Positions 30,259-40,609 of a stretch of DNA of 64,000 bases are shown here, one piece after another (position 1 is the stretch's first letter; each line of letters begins with the position of its first letter). Both the position numbers and the translations under genes were made by a program. The notes beneath the pieces were generated by a model. The model did no database searches. It saw nothing but the letters and a program-made list of their open reading frames with translations, and was not told the DNA's origin. Origin of the DNA: Patescibacteria group bacterium (GTDB lineage Bacteria > Patescibacteriota > Patescibacteriia > UBA10025 > JAHIVO01); NCBI GenBank assembly GCA_049325535.1, contig JBMOKY010000001.1, positions 1,074,118 to 1,138,117 of the forward strand, given 5' to 3'.

Positions 30259-32259
30259 ATGTATCTCTGGCTACAGCAATTCCGCAACCGCCATGACACG
30301 CGTGCCCTCCTGACTATCGGCGCAGGTATTATTTGCTTTGTCGCGATTATCACCACTCTCGGACTGTATAAATATGCCAGTTTCGCGTATGACGCGATCG
30401 ACCTGGGCATCTATAGCCAGGTTTTTTATAATTCCGCACACGGCGATCTCTTTAGTTTCAGCATCCACCCACATAATTATCTGGGTGATCACTTTGAATT
30501 ATTCATTTTGGCTCTGCTGCCGATGTATCGGCTGTTTCAGCATCCCGTTGCCCTCATCGTGCTGCAGGCCATCGGACTGGGCTTGGGCGCCTGGCCGCTC
30601 TACCTGATCGCACGACGCTGGCTCCCACGACACTGGAGCCTGGGTATCACGGGCGCCTACCTGCTCAATCCGGTCGTCTGGAACATGGCGCTCTTCGAAT
30701 TCCATATATTACCTTTCGCCATTCCACTCATACTGGCGATGTATTACACATACCTGACAAACCGCCTCGGGTGGTTCTGGGTCTGGAGCCTCGTCGCACT
30801 GACCATACGCGAAGACGTATCGCTGGTGCTGATGGGGTTTGGCATCCTCGGGCTGATCGAAAAGCGACGCTGGACATGGGCTCTGCCCCCGCTGCTGGCA
30901 GGTGGTGTTTGGCTGATTGGCGCCACGCACCTGAGCGGTTATTTCAATGGATCGGATACATACAAATTCATCGCACTGTATTCCTGGCTGGGAGACTCGC
31001 TGCCCGACATGATCACCACCGTACTGACTCGTCCCTGGGTCGTGCTGCTGCACCTGCTCCGACCGGACAACTGGCTGCTGATGCTGGGACTATCGCTTCC
31101 CCTCGCCGGACTGCCACTCCTGCGCTGGAAATACTGGATACCGACCAGTTTCATCACCGTACAATTGTTCCTCACCAGCATCAGTGCCACTATCGTCCTG
31201 CAGACGCACTACGCGGCGCTGCTGATCCCCTCGGTCTGCGTAGCGGCCATCGCTGTACTCCAGCCCATCGCCGCGGGCATACCAATCCGCCACCGCGTCC
31301 TGAACCGGCTAGCACACTATCGCCAGTGGGTGGCTATCGTCGGAAGCGTGGCGGTCATTTACAGCTTCGTCACCTTTAGTCCCGCTAGCGCTCTATTTTC
31401 CCGTCCGAGCTATACTGCGGAAATTCCCGCCACCATAAGCGAAAAAAATGTTATTCTCGGGGCACTGCCCGAAAAGGCGGCTGTCGTCTCTGGTTTTGAT
31501 ACCCTCGCTGAGCTGAGCAGCCGCACCAAGCTGTACTCGCTGCACTACGGATTTTTGGGAGTGCGTCAGTTTAGCGCTACGCCATACGCTATCCCATCAC
31601 CAGTTGACCATGTCATCATGGATACCACTGATTTCGTCATCTTCCAGCTCCAATCCCAGACCATCTCCAGCTACCATGCCCAGTACACGACTGGGGCAGA
31701 ACGCCTGCGTAAACTAGTGGCCGATAATAATTTACACATAGCGAAAATCATGGACAGCGTCGTCTGGTTCAGCGCAGCTGCAGCCCGGCCGATAACCCCC
31801 GTAGCCACGGATGCGCTGCCGGGCGCCGATGCCATTATACTCGACGCACCCATTGATGAAGCGCTCTCGCTGGTCGCCTGGGAACGGTTACCGAGCGAAC
31901 AAGTGGTTCCCGAAACAACCATCGTGCCGATCCAGCTGTCCTGGTATACCAATCAACCGGTCACCACTGATTATACACTGGCGCTGACCGTACGTTCCGA
32001 TACGGGTGCGTTAGTATACAAAAAATTCTACCCGGTCGGATACGGGCTCTGGCCCACCAGCTCATGGCAACCGCAGCGACCGGTGCAAAGCAGCTATTGG
32101 TTTGCACTGCCTGATACTGTCCTCAAACCGCGCTACACCGTTTCGCTACAGGTTGTCTCGCTCACCGGCTACATGACGCTCGACGCGCTCCGGTCCACCC
32201 AGATGCACATCTCCAGCGAACGGTCATTCGGGCCGTCTATTCAGATTGTCGCGGAGTGA
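30259..32259 (+). CDS. DUF2079-like polytopic membrane protein (GT-C-like) with a C-terminal extracellular domain
   Basis: DLGIY.Q, LGDHF, EFH, RED motifs; many transmembrane segments. Confidence 0.8.
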   Translation: MYLWLQQFRNRHDTRALLTIGAGIICFVAIITTLGLYKYASFAYDAIDLGIYSQVFYNSAHGDLFSFSIHPHNYLGDHFELFILALLPMYRLFQHPVALIVLQAIGLGLGAWPLYLIARRWLPRHWSLGITGAYLLNPVVWNMALFEFHILPFAIPLILAMYYTYLTNRLGWFWVWSLVALTIREDVSLVLMGFGILGLIEKRRWTWALPPLLAGGVWLIGATHLSGYFNGSDTYKFIALYSWLGDSLPDMITTVLTRPWVVLLHLLRPDNWLLMLGLSLPLAGLPLLRWKYWIPTSFITVQLFLTSISATIVLQTHYAALLIPSVCVAAIAVLQPIAAGIPIRHRVLNRLAHYRQWVAIVGSVAVIYSFVTFSPASALFSRPSYTAEIPATISEKNVILGALPEKAAVVSGFDTLAELSSRTKLYSLHYGFLGVRQFSATPYAIPSPVDHVIMDTTDFVIFQLQSQTISSYHAQYTTGAERLRKLVADNNLHIAKIMDSVVWFSAAAARPITPVATDALPGADAIILDAPIDEALSLVAWERLPSEQVVPETTIVPIQLSWYTNQPVTTDYTLALTVRSDTGALVYKKFYPVGYGLWPTSSWQPQRPVQSSYWFALPDTVLKPRYTVSLQVVSLTGYMTLDALRSTQMHISSERSFGPSIQIVAE

Positions 32260-33880
32260 CCGAATAAATGACGACGTGCGGCGTGCGGTGTGCTTCACGG
32301 AGATAGGGTTTCGTGCTCGGATCAAAGGATCCGAGTTCCTTTTCTTTGCGGCCGTACCAGACATACGTCACACGTCCGTCGCGGAGCAATTGCTCTTTTT
32401 CCGGGGGGTCAGCATCATCTGACCAAAATGCCTCACTGTCCTCAAATTTATATGGGAGGTCGATTGTCTGCGGGCCATGGCCGATCCACACTACCCGTCC
32501 ACTGTACGCCGGAATATAATTGCCCATATAGTAGCTGGAAAAAATCACGTCGGTATAATCCGTATGGTCACGCAGCCAATGCATGGCATCAACCTCATCC
32601 TGCATCAGGTAGTACGGCAGATCGTGTTTGGTGGTAAAAAGGAAAAAATCCTGCCCGAGTACCTGCAGATTGGACAGCGGCAAGAAAATTATTAGGCCCA
32701 TGACACCGGCGGTGGCCCATATGCCTCCGCGTTGCCTCAGCCGAGACCAGCACCACCAGACGCCAAAAAATGCCAGTAGGACCAGGGGTATCTGTACCCC
32801 TTCGGACATCCTCCGCTGGAACGATACCGGCACATACATCAGCACCAGAGTAACTAAAAACCACACGACCAAAAAAACACGGCTGGACTGCTGATCTTTG
32901 ATGATGCGCCAGATTCCCACTAGCGCCAGTGGCAGGAGCAATCCAAACCCGATCATATACATCCACAGGCTGGGCGAAGGCAGTATATTTTGCGCGGACC
33001 AATTTCGGATGACCCAATCCCGCTGCGCCAGAAGCCATAAATACAGCACCGGCGGCAGCGTACCCATGCCCAGTACCACATAATGCTGGATCCACTTCCA
33101 GTGAATACGTTTTGTGTGTACAAACCGCACGAGCATATAGACCAACAGCACGACAAACACCGTCGGGCCATTGAACGGGTGAAACCATACCAGAAAAAAA
33201 CTGCTCACCGCGGCGCCGATGCTGTACCGCCACCGGTTGGTGTCAAACGCCCGCAGCATGCAATACAGTGTCAACACGAGAAGCGTCAGCGATGCGAGCA
33301 AATGAGGGGAGTGGAGCGCCGACAGAAAATTGACACTTTCTGCAATCCAGATGTCCGTCGGGTGCTCATAGATGTTATTCACATCAAATAAAAACGGATT
33401 AAAAAATACACCTAAACCGGAAGCAAACAGAAGCATGGCTAGTGCCCAGCGTCGAGCACGCGCATTCGTAATGAAATATGACAAAAACCGATAGAGCACA
33501 AAAACAAAAATAACGATCCAGATTGACCGAGCGATATGCAAAGCCAGTAAATTTGAAATACCGTCTTTCTTGGTGAGCCACCCGACGGACAGCCAGAGTG
33601 GATTGATAAAAGCTCGCGCCTGTTCTTCGTGCGTGTACAGATTGATAAAGACATTTTCCCCTTGCCTGACCTGCTCGATCATGGAAAGAAATACATTGGT
33701 GTCCCCCGGGGCCAGGTGATGCAGACCGGTAAAGACGGTGCCGGCAGGACGGGTCACATACCCATAGAGGAAAGGCGCGGCAGTAAGCAGCACGAGAACC
33801 AGGGCCATGCCAAGCGGAAATATCCACTCACGATGCCGTGTTTTAGACGTTGAATTTTTTTTCGTATGTATAGGTTCCAT
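32237..33880 (-). CDS. polytopic membrane protein, GT-C-like
   Basis: GD.NVFLSMI.Q loop after TM1, many transmembrane segments, C-terminal WL....S....GN.IPA..GR....GH domain. Confidence 0.75.
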   Translation of the reverse strand: MEPIHTKKNSTSKTRHREWIFPLGMALVLVLLTAAPFLYGYVTRPAGTVFTGLHHLAPGDTNVFLSMIEQVRQGENVFINLYTHEEQARAFINPLWLSVGWLTKKDGISNLLALHIARSIWIVIFVFVLYRFLSYFITNARARRWALAMLLFASGLGVFFNPFLFDVNNIYEHPTDIWIAESVNFLSALHSPHLLASLTLLVLTLYCMLRAFDTNRWRYSIGAAVSSFFLVWFHPFNGPTVFVVLLVYMLVRFVHTKRIHWKWIQHYVVLGMGTLPPVLYLWLLAQRDWVIRNWSAQNILPSPSLWMYMIGFGLLLPLALVGIWRIIKDQQSSRVFLVVWFLVTLVLMYVPVSFQRRMSEGVQIPLVLLAFFGVWWCWSRLRQRGGIWATAGVMGLIIFLPLSNLQVLGQDFFLFTTKHDLPYYLMQDEVDAMHWLRDHTDYTDVIFSSYYMGNYIPAYSGRVVWIGHGPQTIDLPYKFEDSEAFWSDDADPPEKEQLLRDGRVTYVWYGRKEKELGSFDPSTKPYLREAHRTPHVVIYSVTPRQSE

Positions 33881-34000
33881 AAAACATGATGCCCGATCGG
33901 GATGGAGTTAGTATATCACACCCCGAGCTCAATAGTTGGAACGTGGCGCAAAGGACTTATTCCATATATACTGACTATGATCATATACTATTGTCCGCGT

Positions 34001-35302
34001 ATGGCATTTATCAAACAGAGCATGTACACGCTTATTACGCGTGGGATCCAGGTTATCAGCGCCTTTATCGTAACAATCGTCGTGGCGCAAACGCTCGGAA
34101 CGCTCGGAACGGGGACCTATGAGCTGTTCCAACTGCTGGTCACCTTTTCAGTAACGCTGGGTGCATTTGGCATCGGACACGCGAGCGTCTATCTCATTAA
34201 AAAAGAAAAGGCTGACATGCGCGAAACCCTCTCAACGGTATTCACCGTTGGGCTGGTCTGGGGCATCATACTGGGGGGCTTGGTGTATATATTTTACACT
34301 GTATTTCCCTCGCTGGTCGCTGGGCTGCCCCCATCGGCTATTCTGATTGGCGCAGCGCTCATCCCCTGCGCACTCATCGAATCCTATCTCATACAGGCGC
34401 TGCTCATTGAATTTTACATGCAAAAACAGGCGCTGTTGGTCGGGTTTAAAAACGGCTGTCTGCTCGTCTGCCTGGTGCTGGCCCTGCTGATATTTGACGC
34501 GGGAACAACCGGCGTCATATATTCGGTCGTCATCGCCTATATCCTAAGTTCCCTGATGACTACTACTGCGATCTGGCGGCTATATCGGCTGCGACTTCAA
34601 TTCTCCCGAGCGGTGTTTAATCGACTGCTCTCATTTGGTGTGCGGTCATGGCTCGCAAATATTTTCCTGATACTCAATTTCCGGCTCGACATGTTTCTCG
34701 TTAATCACTTCGCTGATATTCATGCTGTCGGCAGTTACTCGGTGGCGGTCACCGTAGCGGGGGGCTTATTTCTTCTGCCCAGCGCCATCGGTCCCTTATT
34801 GTATTCACGGTGGTCAGCCATGCCCCCTAAAAAAATCGCCGCCGAAACACCACAATTGAGCCGCCAAATACTTTTACTCAGCACCATCCTGGCATTAATA
34901 CTTGCGGCATATGGTCGCACGATCCTGTCGATTGTATATGGAAACTCTTTTATCGATGCATTTCCGGCCTTGGTCATACTCCTACCAGGGATCGTTATGA
35001 CGTCCATTAACTATGTGCTTTTTAATAGTTTGGCCGCGCTCGGCAAGCCGGGGTTAAACGCCATATCACTTATCGTTGGTTTGGTTATAAATATAGCCCT
35101 CAACATCGTTCTGATCCCTTATGGAGGAATCGTCGGTGCAGCGCTGGCAAGTACAGTCTCATATACGCTCACCACGCTCATCACGATTGCCTTTGTGCTG
35201 CGCTATCACCCCGGGCACGCATCACGAAATTTTATATTTCCTACACTATCTGATACTCTTATATTGGCAAAACGCTTAAAACAATTAGTGTCTCACTCAT
35301 AA
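34001..35302 (+). CDS. Wzx-type oligosaccharide flippase
   Basis: About 12 transmembrane segments, RLD, VG.YSVA, N..LIP..G..GAA.A. Confidence 0.85.
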   Translation: MAFIKQSMYTLITRGIQVISAFIVTIVVAQTLGTLGTGTYELFQLLVTFSVTLGAFGIGHASVYLIKKEKADMRETLSTVFTVGLVWGIILGGLVYIFYTVFPSLVAGLPPSAILIGAALIPCALIESYLIQALLIEFYMQKQALLVGFKNGCLLVCLVLALLIFDAGTTGVIYSVVIAYILSSLMTTTAIWRLYRLRLQFSRAVFNRLLSFGVRSWLANIFLILNFRLDMFLVNHFADIHAVGSYSVAVTVAGGLFLLPSAIGPLLYSRWSAMPPKKIAAETPQLSRQILLLSTILALILAAYGRTILSIVYGNSFIDAFPALVILLPGIVMTSINYVLFNSLAALGKPGLNAISLIVGLVINIALNIVLIPYGGIVGAALASTVSYTLTTLITIAFVLRYHPGHASRNFIFPTLSDTLILAKRLKQLVSHS

Positions 35303-35303
35303 T

Positions 35304-35795
35304 ATGCTTTTCTCGTGGTACAAAAAAACATCAAGCATTCCCCTGCTCATACTCAATGGCATTGTGCAGCGGATTTTCATGTTGAACGGCCGGTCGCGCT
35401 GGATGGTGCACTATACGTCCCGCGTGATATGCCCGCAAAAAATAACCATGGGCGCACATGTCGAGCGGAGTTTTGCGCGCAGTGGCGGGTGTTATATCCA
35501 GGCATTAAATGGCATTACCTTTGGTGATGATGTGCTGTTCGGGCCGGGAGTAAAAATCATTTCTGGCAATCATGGATTTGTCGCCCGTCATGCGATTACC
35601 GTCGCGCCCCCTATCCGCATCGGTAGCCGAGTATGGATTGGGGCCAATGCGATCATTCTGCCGGGCGTAGAAATCGGCGACGATTCGATTGTTGGCGCGG
35701 GAAGTGTCGTCACCCACTCGTTCCCCGAACATTCAGTCATCGCCGGCAACCCCGCCCGGCTGCTCCGCCACAACGATAGTGCGCACCAAACATGA
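35304..35795 (+). CDS. hexapeptide-repeat O-acetyltransferase
   Basis: IG..VWIGANA.ILPGV.IG....VGAGSVVT, GNPAR. Confidence 0.9.
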   Translation: MLFSWYKKTSSIPLLILNGIVQRIFMLNGRSRWMVHYTSRVICPQKITMGAHVERSFARSGGCYIQALNGITFGDDVLFGPGVKIISGNHGFVARHAITVAPPIRIGSRVWIGANAIILPGVEIGDDSIVGAGSVVTHSFPEHSVIAGNPARLLRHNDSAHQT

Positions 35796-37042
35796 GCCAA
35801 TCAGCATCCTCCACTCCTACCAAACGTATCCTGATACTGAGCGCTCTCGACATATGGTCAATGCGCGGTAATGCGGGCGCTCCGTCATTATTCCGCACAC
35901 TGACCGCCCTATCGAATCGATATACTCTTACCTTTATTACCGGCCACGCACAGACACCTTCGGGTCAAGACGAGAAGCTCAATGGAGTGCGCGTCATACG
36001 TTTTGGGATACCGTGGCTACAAAGTATGTTTGAACCACATCATGCTTTTTCAAATATTGGGAAAATTGTTTTTCCTATTTGGTGGCTGATATTCCAGCTC
36101 TGGGCCTACCGGCTCGTCTCTCGCGAAATTCGCCGTTCCGACTTCGACGCCCTCTACGCATATGAAATACTGGCTGTGCCGGTCATGGCCCGGTTAGCGC
36201 GGCGGCATCATATACCATTCATCGTTCGATTCCAGGGAACGGTACTGGCGCCGCTGCTTTCCAAACCGCTCTCCCGCGTGACCCATTTCCACCATTATTG
36301 CGCATTTCGAACAAGAGCGGACATGATTATCATGACAAATGACGGCACACAGGGAGATCGCGTACTCCGCAGCCTGCGCAACACCTCGCCACGCCAGTTC
36401 TTCTGGATGAATGGCGTCGACCGTTACCCCGATTCTCCTCCGTCCGACATTACCGCTCTGAAAAAACGGCTGGGGATCAGCGAGCGCGATATTTTCATCT
36501 TGGCAATCAGTCGGCTCAAACGGTGGAAACGTATAGACCGATGTATCGAAGCGATCATGCGACTCGATGACCCCCGTGTCCATCTCGCCATCATCGGTGA
36601 TGGTCCTGAACGAGCATCACTTGAGGCATTCGCACGACGGGGTTGCGCCTCCCCGCGCATACACATACATTTTGTTGGCAGTATGCCGCATGATGCGCTC
36701 GGTGCATACTACCAGGCAGCGGACATATTTATCTCGTGCTATAGTCTCTCAAATGTCGGCAACCCCCTGCTTGAGGCGATGCGCATGACAAAGCCCATCC
36801 TCACGCTCGATAATGGCGGTACTGCGCAGGTCATAACGCATGAAAAAACCGGTCTCCTCGCCCCAGAAGGCGATCCCGCGGCGCTCTGCGCCATGCTGAA
36901 ACGATTAGTCAACGACGCGCCGCTGCGACGCCAACTAGGAGAGGCGGCGCAGATCTATGCTGACACGCATTTTGATACATGGCACCAGCGCATGGACCGG
37001 GAATACGCGGCTATTACCGAGCTCCTGAACCAGCGCCCGTAG
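35792..37042 (+). CDS. glycosyltransferase family 4
   Basis: NGVD, SRL...K.ID, IGDGP.R, ADIF, LLEAM. Confidence 0.88.
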   Translation: MSQSASSTPTKRILILSALDIWSMRGNAGAPSLFRTLTALSNRYTLTFITGHAQTPSGQDEKLNGVRVIRFGIPWLQSMFEPHHAFSNIGKIVFPIWWLIFQLWAYRLVSREIRRSDFDALYAYEILAVPVMARLARRHHIPFIVRFQGTVLAPLLSKPLSRVTHFHHYCAFRTRADMIIMTNDGTQGDRVLRSLRNTSPRQFFWMNGVDRYPDSPPSDITALKKRLGISERDIFILAISRLKRWKRIDRCIEAIMRLDDPRVHLAIIGDGPERASLEAFARRGCASPRIHIHFVGSMPHDALGAYYQAADIFISCYSLSNVGNPLLEAMRMTKPILTLDNGGTAQVITHEKTGLLAPEGDPAALCAMLKRLVNDAPLRRQLGEAAQIYADTHFDTWHQRMDREYAAITELLNQRP

Positions 37043-38201
37043 CCTGAATATATACGTCGCGCAACTGCTGCGTCAGGCGCGCCGGATCCAGTTGCCGGCG
37101 AATCACGTCACGAGCCCGCTGACCGATAGCCTGCGCACGGGAATAGTCAGCACAGAGATACTCAAGCGCTGCTACCAATTCATTGCCCGCCTGAGATGAA
37201 ATAACCATGCCGGTTTCTTTGTCATGAATCATATCTGCCATGCCGCAGGTACGGGTAACTACCACTGGTCGAGCGCTGGCCATGCCCTCGACAGCGCTCA
37301 CACCAAACCCCTCCTGTTGGGATGGCAGCACTACTATATCCGCATGCTGAAAATATGATCTGAGGTTTTGGTGTGGTACGCTTCCCTGCAGAGTGACACG
37401 ACGGGACAGCCCGTACTGAACGATAAGTCGCACAATCCGCTGATATTCATTTCCGTCTCCGACCAACGTAAGATGAGCGGTAGGGTGCTGATTTAAAAAA
37501 GGCCGGATCGATTCAATGAGCCAGGGTATATTTTTCACGGGTATGAGCCGCCCCACCCAGAGCACCGCCCCCGTCTGCGGATACTCGTGCGACACGTCAA
37601 ATAAAGCGGGCAGCTCCGGCACCATGTCAGGAATCACCGTGGCCGATGCAATACTGCTGATGTCACGCTGTGCCTGCTGTATGAGGCGGGGACTCACGGA
37701 GATAACATGATCTACGCGGCGGACAACCCAGCGTGCAATCCGGCGCAGGAGTGGGTGCGATACTGCAAATTGTACGTCAGTACCATGAAGCGTCATCACA
37801 ATCGGCCGATGTTGCCACATCCGCGCGAGCAGGGCAACAGCAGCAGCCGGCCACCAATGCGCATGTACTATATCACTCTGTGATGCCCATCGTATCACGG
37901 ACAAGACAAATGCCATGATAAAAAAAGGCGCCTGCACCTTTGATAACCACGATCGACGGATATTCTCGATCAGACCGTCACCATACGCCACAGCATGCTG
38001 ACGATCGCTATACCAGTACCGAAACCGGCGGATCACAACGCCATCATACGTTTCAGTAGGATGCGCCCCCGGAGCAAATGGCGCAATGACCGTTACCGAT
38101 AAGCCTGCCAAGACTAGTTGCCGAGCCTGTTCATGGATAAATATCCCCGCGGTATCACCGGCGAAGCGAGGATAGGAACTGGTCACCACAAGGACGCGCA
38201 T
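37014..38201 (-). CDS. glycosyltransferase family 4
   Basis: HAHW, HG.D, VGRL...K, EGFG....EGMA. Confidence 0.9.
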   Translation of the reverse strand: MRVLVVTSSYPRFAGDTAGIFIHEQARQLVLAGLSVTVIAPFAPGAHPTETYDGVVIRRFRYWYSDRQHAVAYGDGLIENIRRSWLSKVQAPFFIMAFVLSVIRWASQSDIVHAHWWPAAAVALLARMWQHRPIVMTLHGTDVQFAVSHPLLRRIARWVVRRVDHVISVSPRLIQQAQRDISSIASATVIPDMVPELPALFDVSHEYPQTGAVLWVGRLIPVKNIPWLIESIRPFLNQHPTAHLTLVGDGNEYQRIVRLIVQYGLSRRVTLQGSVPHQNLRSYFQHADIVVLPSQQEGFGVSAVEGMASARPVVVTRTCGMADMIHDKETGMVISSQAGNELVAALEYLCADYSRAQAIGQRARDVIRRQLDPARLTQQLRDVYIQATGAGSGAR

Positions 38202-38204
38202 ACA

Positions 38205-39155
38205 TTACTGCTGCAAATCCTTATTCGACTCCATATCAAACCACATAGCGAAAAACAACGACTGCGTGCCAAATAGAAAAAAGAGGGCGGCAAACAATGC
38301 GCTGGTTTCTGACACCGGCCCGGTTACAATCCGGTACATCAGCAGATACAGTCCAAACACAAACCCAACAATAAAAGACATGAATCCAAAAAAATAGAAA
38401 AAGACGAGCGGGTGGAAATCCCGCACTACGTACTTCTCCCGCATCCGCCAGAAAAAATCTTTTACCAATAACCAGCTAATTCGGGGGACAACGTGAGCGA
38501 TGCGAATACCTGATTTTTCTCCCTGGTAAATCGGCTTGATCGGTACCTCATGTACACGAGCATTCAACACATTCAATTTAACCAACAGATCATTCGGGAA
38601 GCCATACCGTCGATACAATTTTCGTAACGGTATGGTCCGGGCCGCTTCCCGGCTGATGGCGGTATACCCCGTCTGAAAATCAGACAGCTTCCAGTAGCCC
38701 GAGGCGATTTTCGTCAGCAGTGAAAGGATAGCGTTGCCGATAAATCGATACCGGGGCATAACCTCCCATGCCGTTCCATAGTGAAATCGGTTTCCTTTGA
38801 CATAATCAGCTGCGCCGTCGATGACGGGCTGCACCACCGTGGCCAGCTCAGCCGGATCCATCTGCGCGTCACCAGCCATGACGGCCAGCACATCGTCGCC
38901 GGCAGAGATACCGAGCTCATACCCGGTGACGATGGCTGCGCCGACGCCGCGATTACTATCATGGCGGTGCACCGTTACTGTGGTCGTGCCGACCGGGGCC
39001 GTACTCCGTGCTCGATCGCCAGTCCCGTCGGTGCTAGAGTCATCGATGACATATATGTGATCCACAAATGCCGGCATGGTACTGATAACCGCACCAATCC
39101 GTTCCGCTTCCTGAAAAGCCGGGATGACAACGCCAATTTTTTTATTATGTAGCAT
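38205..39155 (-). CDS. glycosyltransferase family 2 (polyprenol-phosphate sugar synthase-like) with C-terminal transmembrane segments
   Basis: VVIPA..E, DD.S.D.T, N.GVG.A, AGD.QM, GNR, D.QTGY. Confidence 0.88.
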   Translation of the reverse strand: MLHNKKIGVVIPAFQEAERIGAVISTMPAFVDHIYVIDDSSTDGTGDRARSTAPVGTTTVTVHRHDSNRGVGAAIVTGYELGISAGDDVLAVMAGDAQMDPAELATVVQPVIDGAADYVKGNRFHYGTAWEVMPRYRFIGNAILSLLTKIASGYWKLSDFQTGYTAISREAARTIPLRKLYRRYGFPNDLLVKLNVLNARVHEVPIKPIYQGEKSGIRIAHVVPRISWLLVKDFFWRMREKYVVRDFHPLVFFYFFGFMSFIVGFVFGLYLLMYRIVTGPVSETSALFAALFFLFGTQSLFFAMWFDMESNKDLQQ

Positions 39156-39158
39156 AGA

Positions 39159-40607
39159 CTACGATGAGTGGGGCATGACTCTACCGGGCCATTTTTTCCC
39201 CATGATTGTATTCCATTGTACCATGAGGAAATAAAGTGCAACACTGACGCCAAAGAGCACATTCGGGAAGAAAACGCTCAGGCTGGCATAGTACATAAAA
39301 CCATAGAGAGTCGTCAATATGATCAGCGGCCGATAGTGCCGCTCGGGGACCAGCAGTGCCAATGGCACAAACCACAGGGTATACCAAACATTAAACTTCC
39401 CTCCCAATAAAAACAAGAACACCAATAACACCCAAAACCACCGCTTGATAAATGTATCAACCAGTGTCTCACTCCGCCGGAAAAGAAGCATGATATACAC
39501 CACGAGGAAGGTCAATAAATAGCTGGCGCGCTGGGTCACCAGATCAAAATGAAATCCTGGAATCACCCCATCCAACCACGACATGAGAGCGTAGAGCATA
39601 CTCTGGGGAAGCGTCAGATTATTATCAGTGACAAAAGCGCGGCCCAAATTGCCAATATTACGGTCAAAATTGTGCAGCGGTGCATAGGTTGCCAGCACCA
39701 TGCCGGTCACAATCAAGGCTCCGAGACCGATCGTCCGCCAGGCCTGGCGACGGGGCAAACGCAATGCCAGGAGCGCCACAAACGGCAATAAAATAATCGG
39801 GCCGAATTTGATGAGAAACGCGCCAGTGAGAAAGGTCGCCGCCCAGAGATAGCGAGTGCGAATCACCGCATACACTGCCGCCAGGACAAGCGTCATCATA
39901 AAGACGTCATTATGCGCCGAGTGAACCGCCTCGAACAGTATAAAAGGATTCCAGGCAAAAAGCGCGGTGACCGCATATCGACTCTGGGGTATGACACGCT
40001 CGGCGATTTTGTATACCAGCCATACGCACAGTAAAAATGCGGCGGCAGCGACCAGCCGATAGCCTATCAGGTTTGCTACCACATCCCCGCCGATGAGGCG
40101 GGACAGCAGCAAGGAGTAATTCATAAATAAGGGCCCATACACCGACACCTGTTCCGGCCAAGCTACCACCCCGCTATAGCCGAGCGCTGCGGGGGATATT
40201 TGGTATGGATTTGCATCGTGGGTATTGGCAATGACAGCCCGAGAGATATAGCCGTACACATCCGAAGAAAAAAATGGTGGGCTTAAAAATAAAATGCATA
40301 TGAATATGCAGACAAAGAAAATAACAATGGCGAGAGTCCGTGAATCATGTGCCAATTTCGCACCCTTCCACAAAAATAAAATATATACACCCAAAAACGC
40401 AAATAGAAAAAACGCGACCATTCCCAGGTGAGTAAAGAATACCCCGGCATGCCGCATCAGCGGTTTCGTTTCCTCCGGAGAACTAGAAATGACCATCAGG
40501 GTAAAGGCAAAAAAGAACGCGGCAAACAGGGTGCCCCACTGCCACAGGCGGCGATAGCGCTCATCGCGGGCCGAACTGAAAAAATTTGCAATTGTTGCCA
40601 ACATCAT
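39159..40607 (-). CDS. GT-C glycosyltransferase (MptA/MptB-like, polyprenol-phospho-sugar dependent)
   Basis: S.DVY.Y, NPY...P, YGP, WNP, HND, K, WY..W. Confidence 0.8.
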   Translation of the reverse strand: MMLATIANFFSSARDERYRRLWQWGTLFAAFFFAFTLMVISSSPEETKPLMRHAGVFFTHLGMVAFFLFAFLGVYILFLWKGAKLAHDSRTLAIVIFFVCIFICILFLSPPFFSSDVYGYISRAVIANTHDANPYQISPAALGYSGVVAWPEQVSVYGPLFMNYSLLLSRLIGGDVVANLIGYRLVAAAAFLLCVWLVYKIAERVIPQSRYAVTALFAWNPFILFEAVHSAHNDVFMMTLVLAAVYAVIRTRYLWAATFLTGAFLIKFGPIILLPFVALLALRLPRRQAWRTIGLGALIVTGMVLATYAPLHNFDRNIGNLGRAFVTDNNLTLPQSMLYALMSWLDGVIPGFHFDLVTQRASYLLTFLVVYIMLLFRRSETLVDTFIKRWFWVLLVFLFLLGGKFNVWYTLWFVPLALLVPERHYRPLIILTTLYGFMYYASLSVFFPNVLFGVSVALYFLMVQWNTIMGKKWPGRVMPHSS

Positions 40608-40609
40608 AA

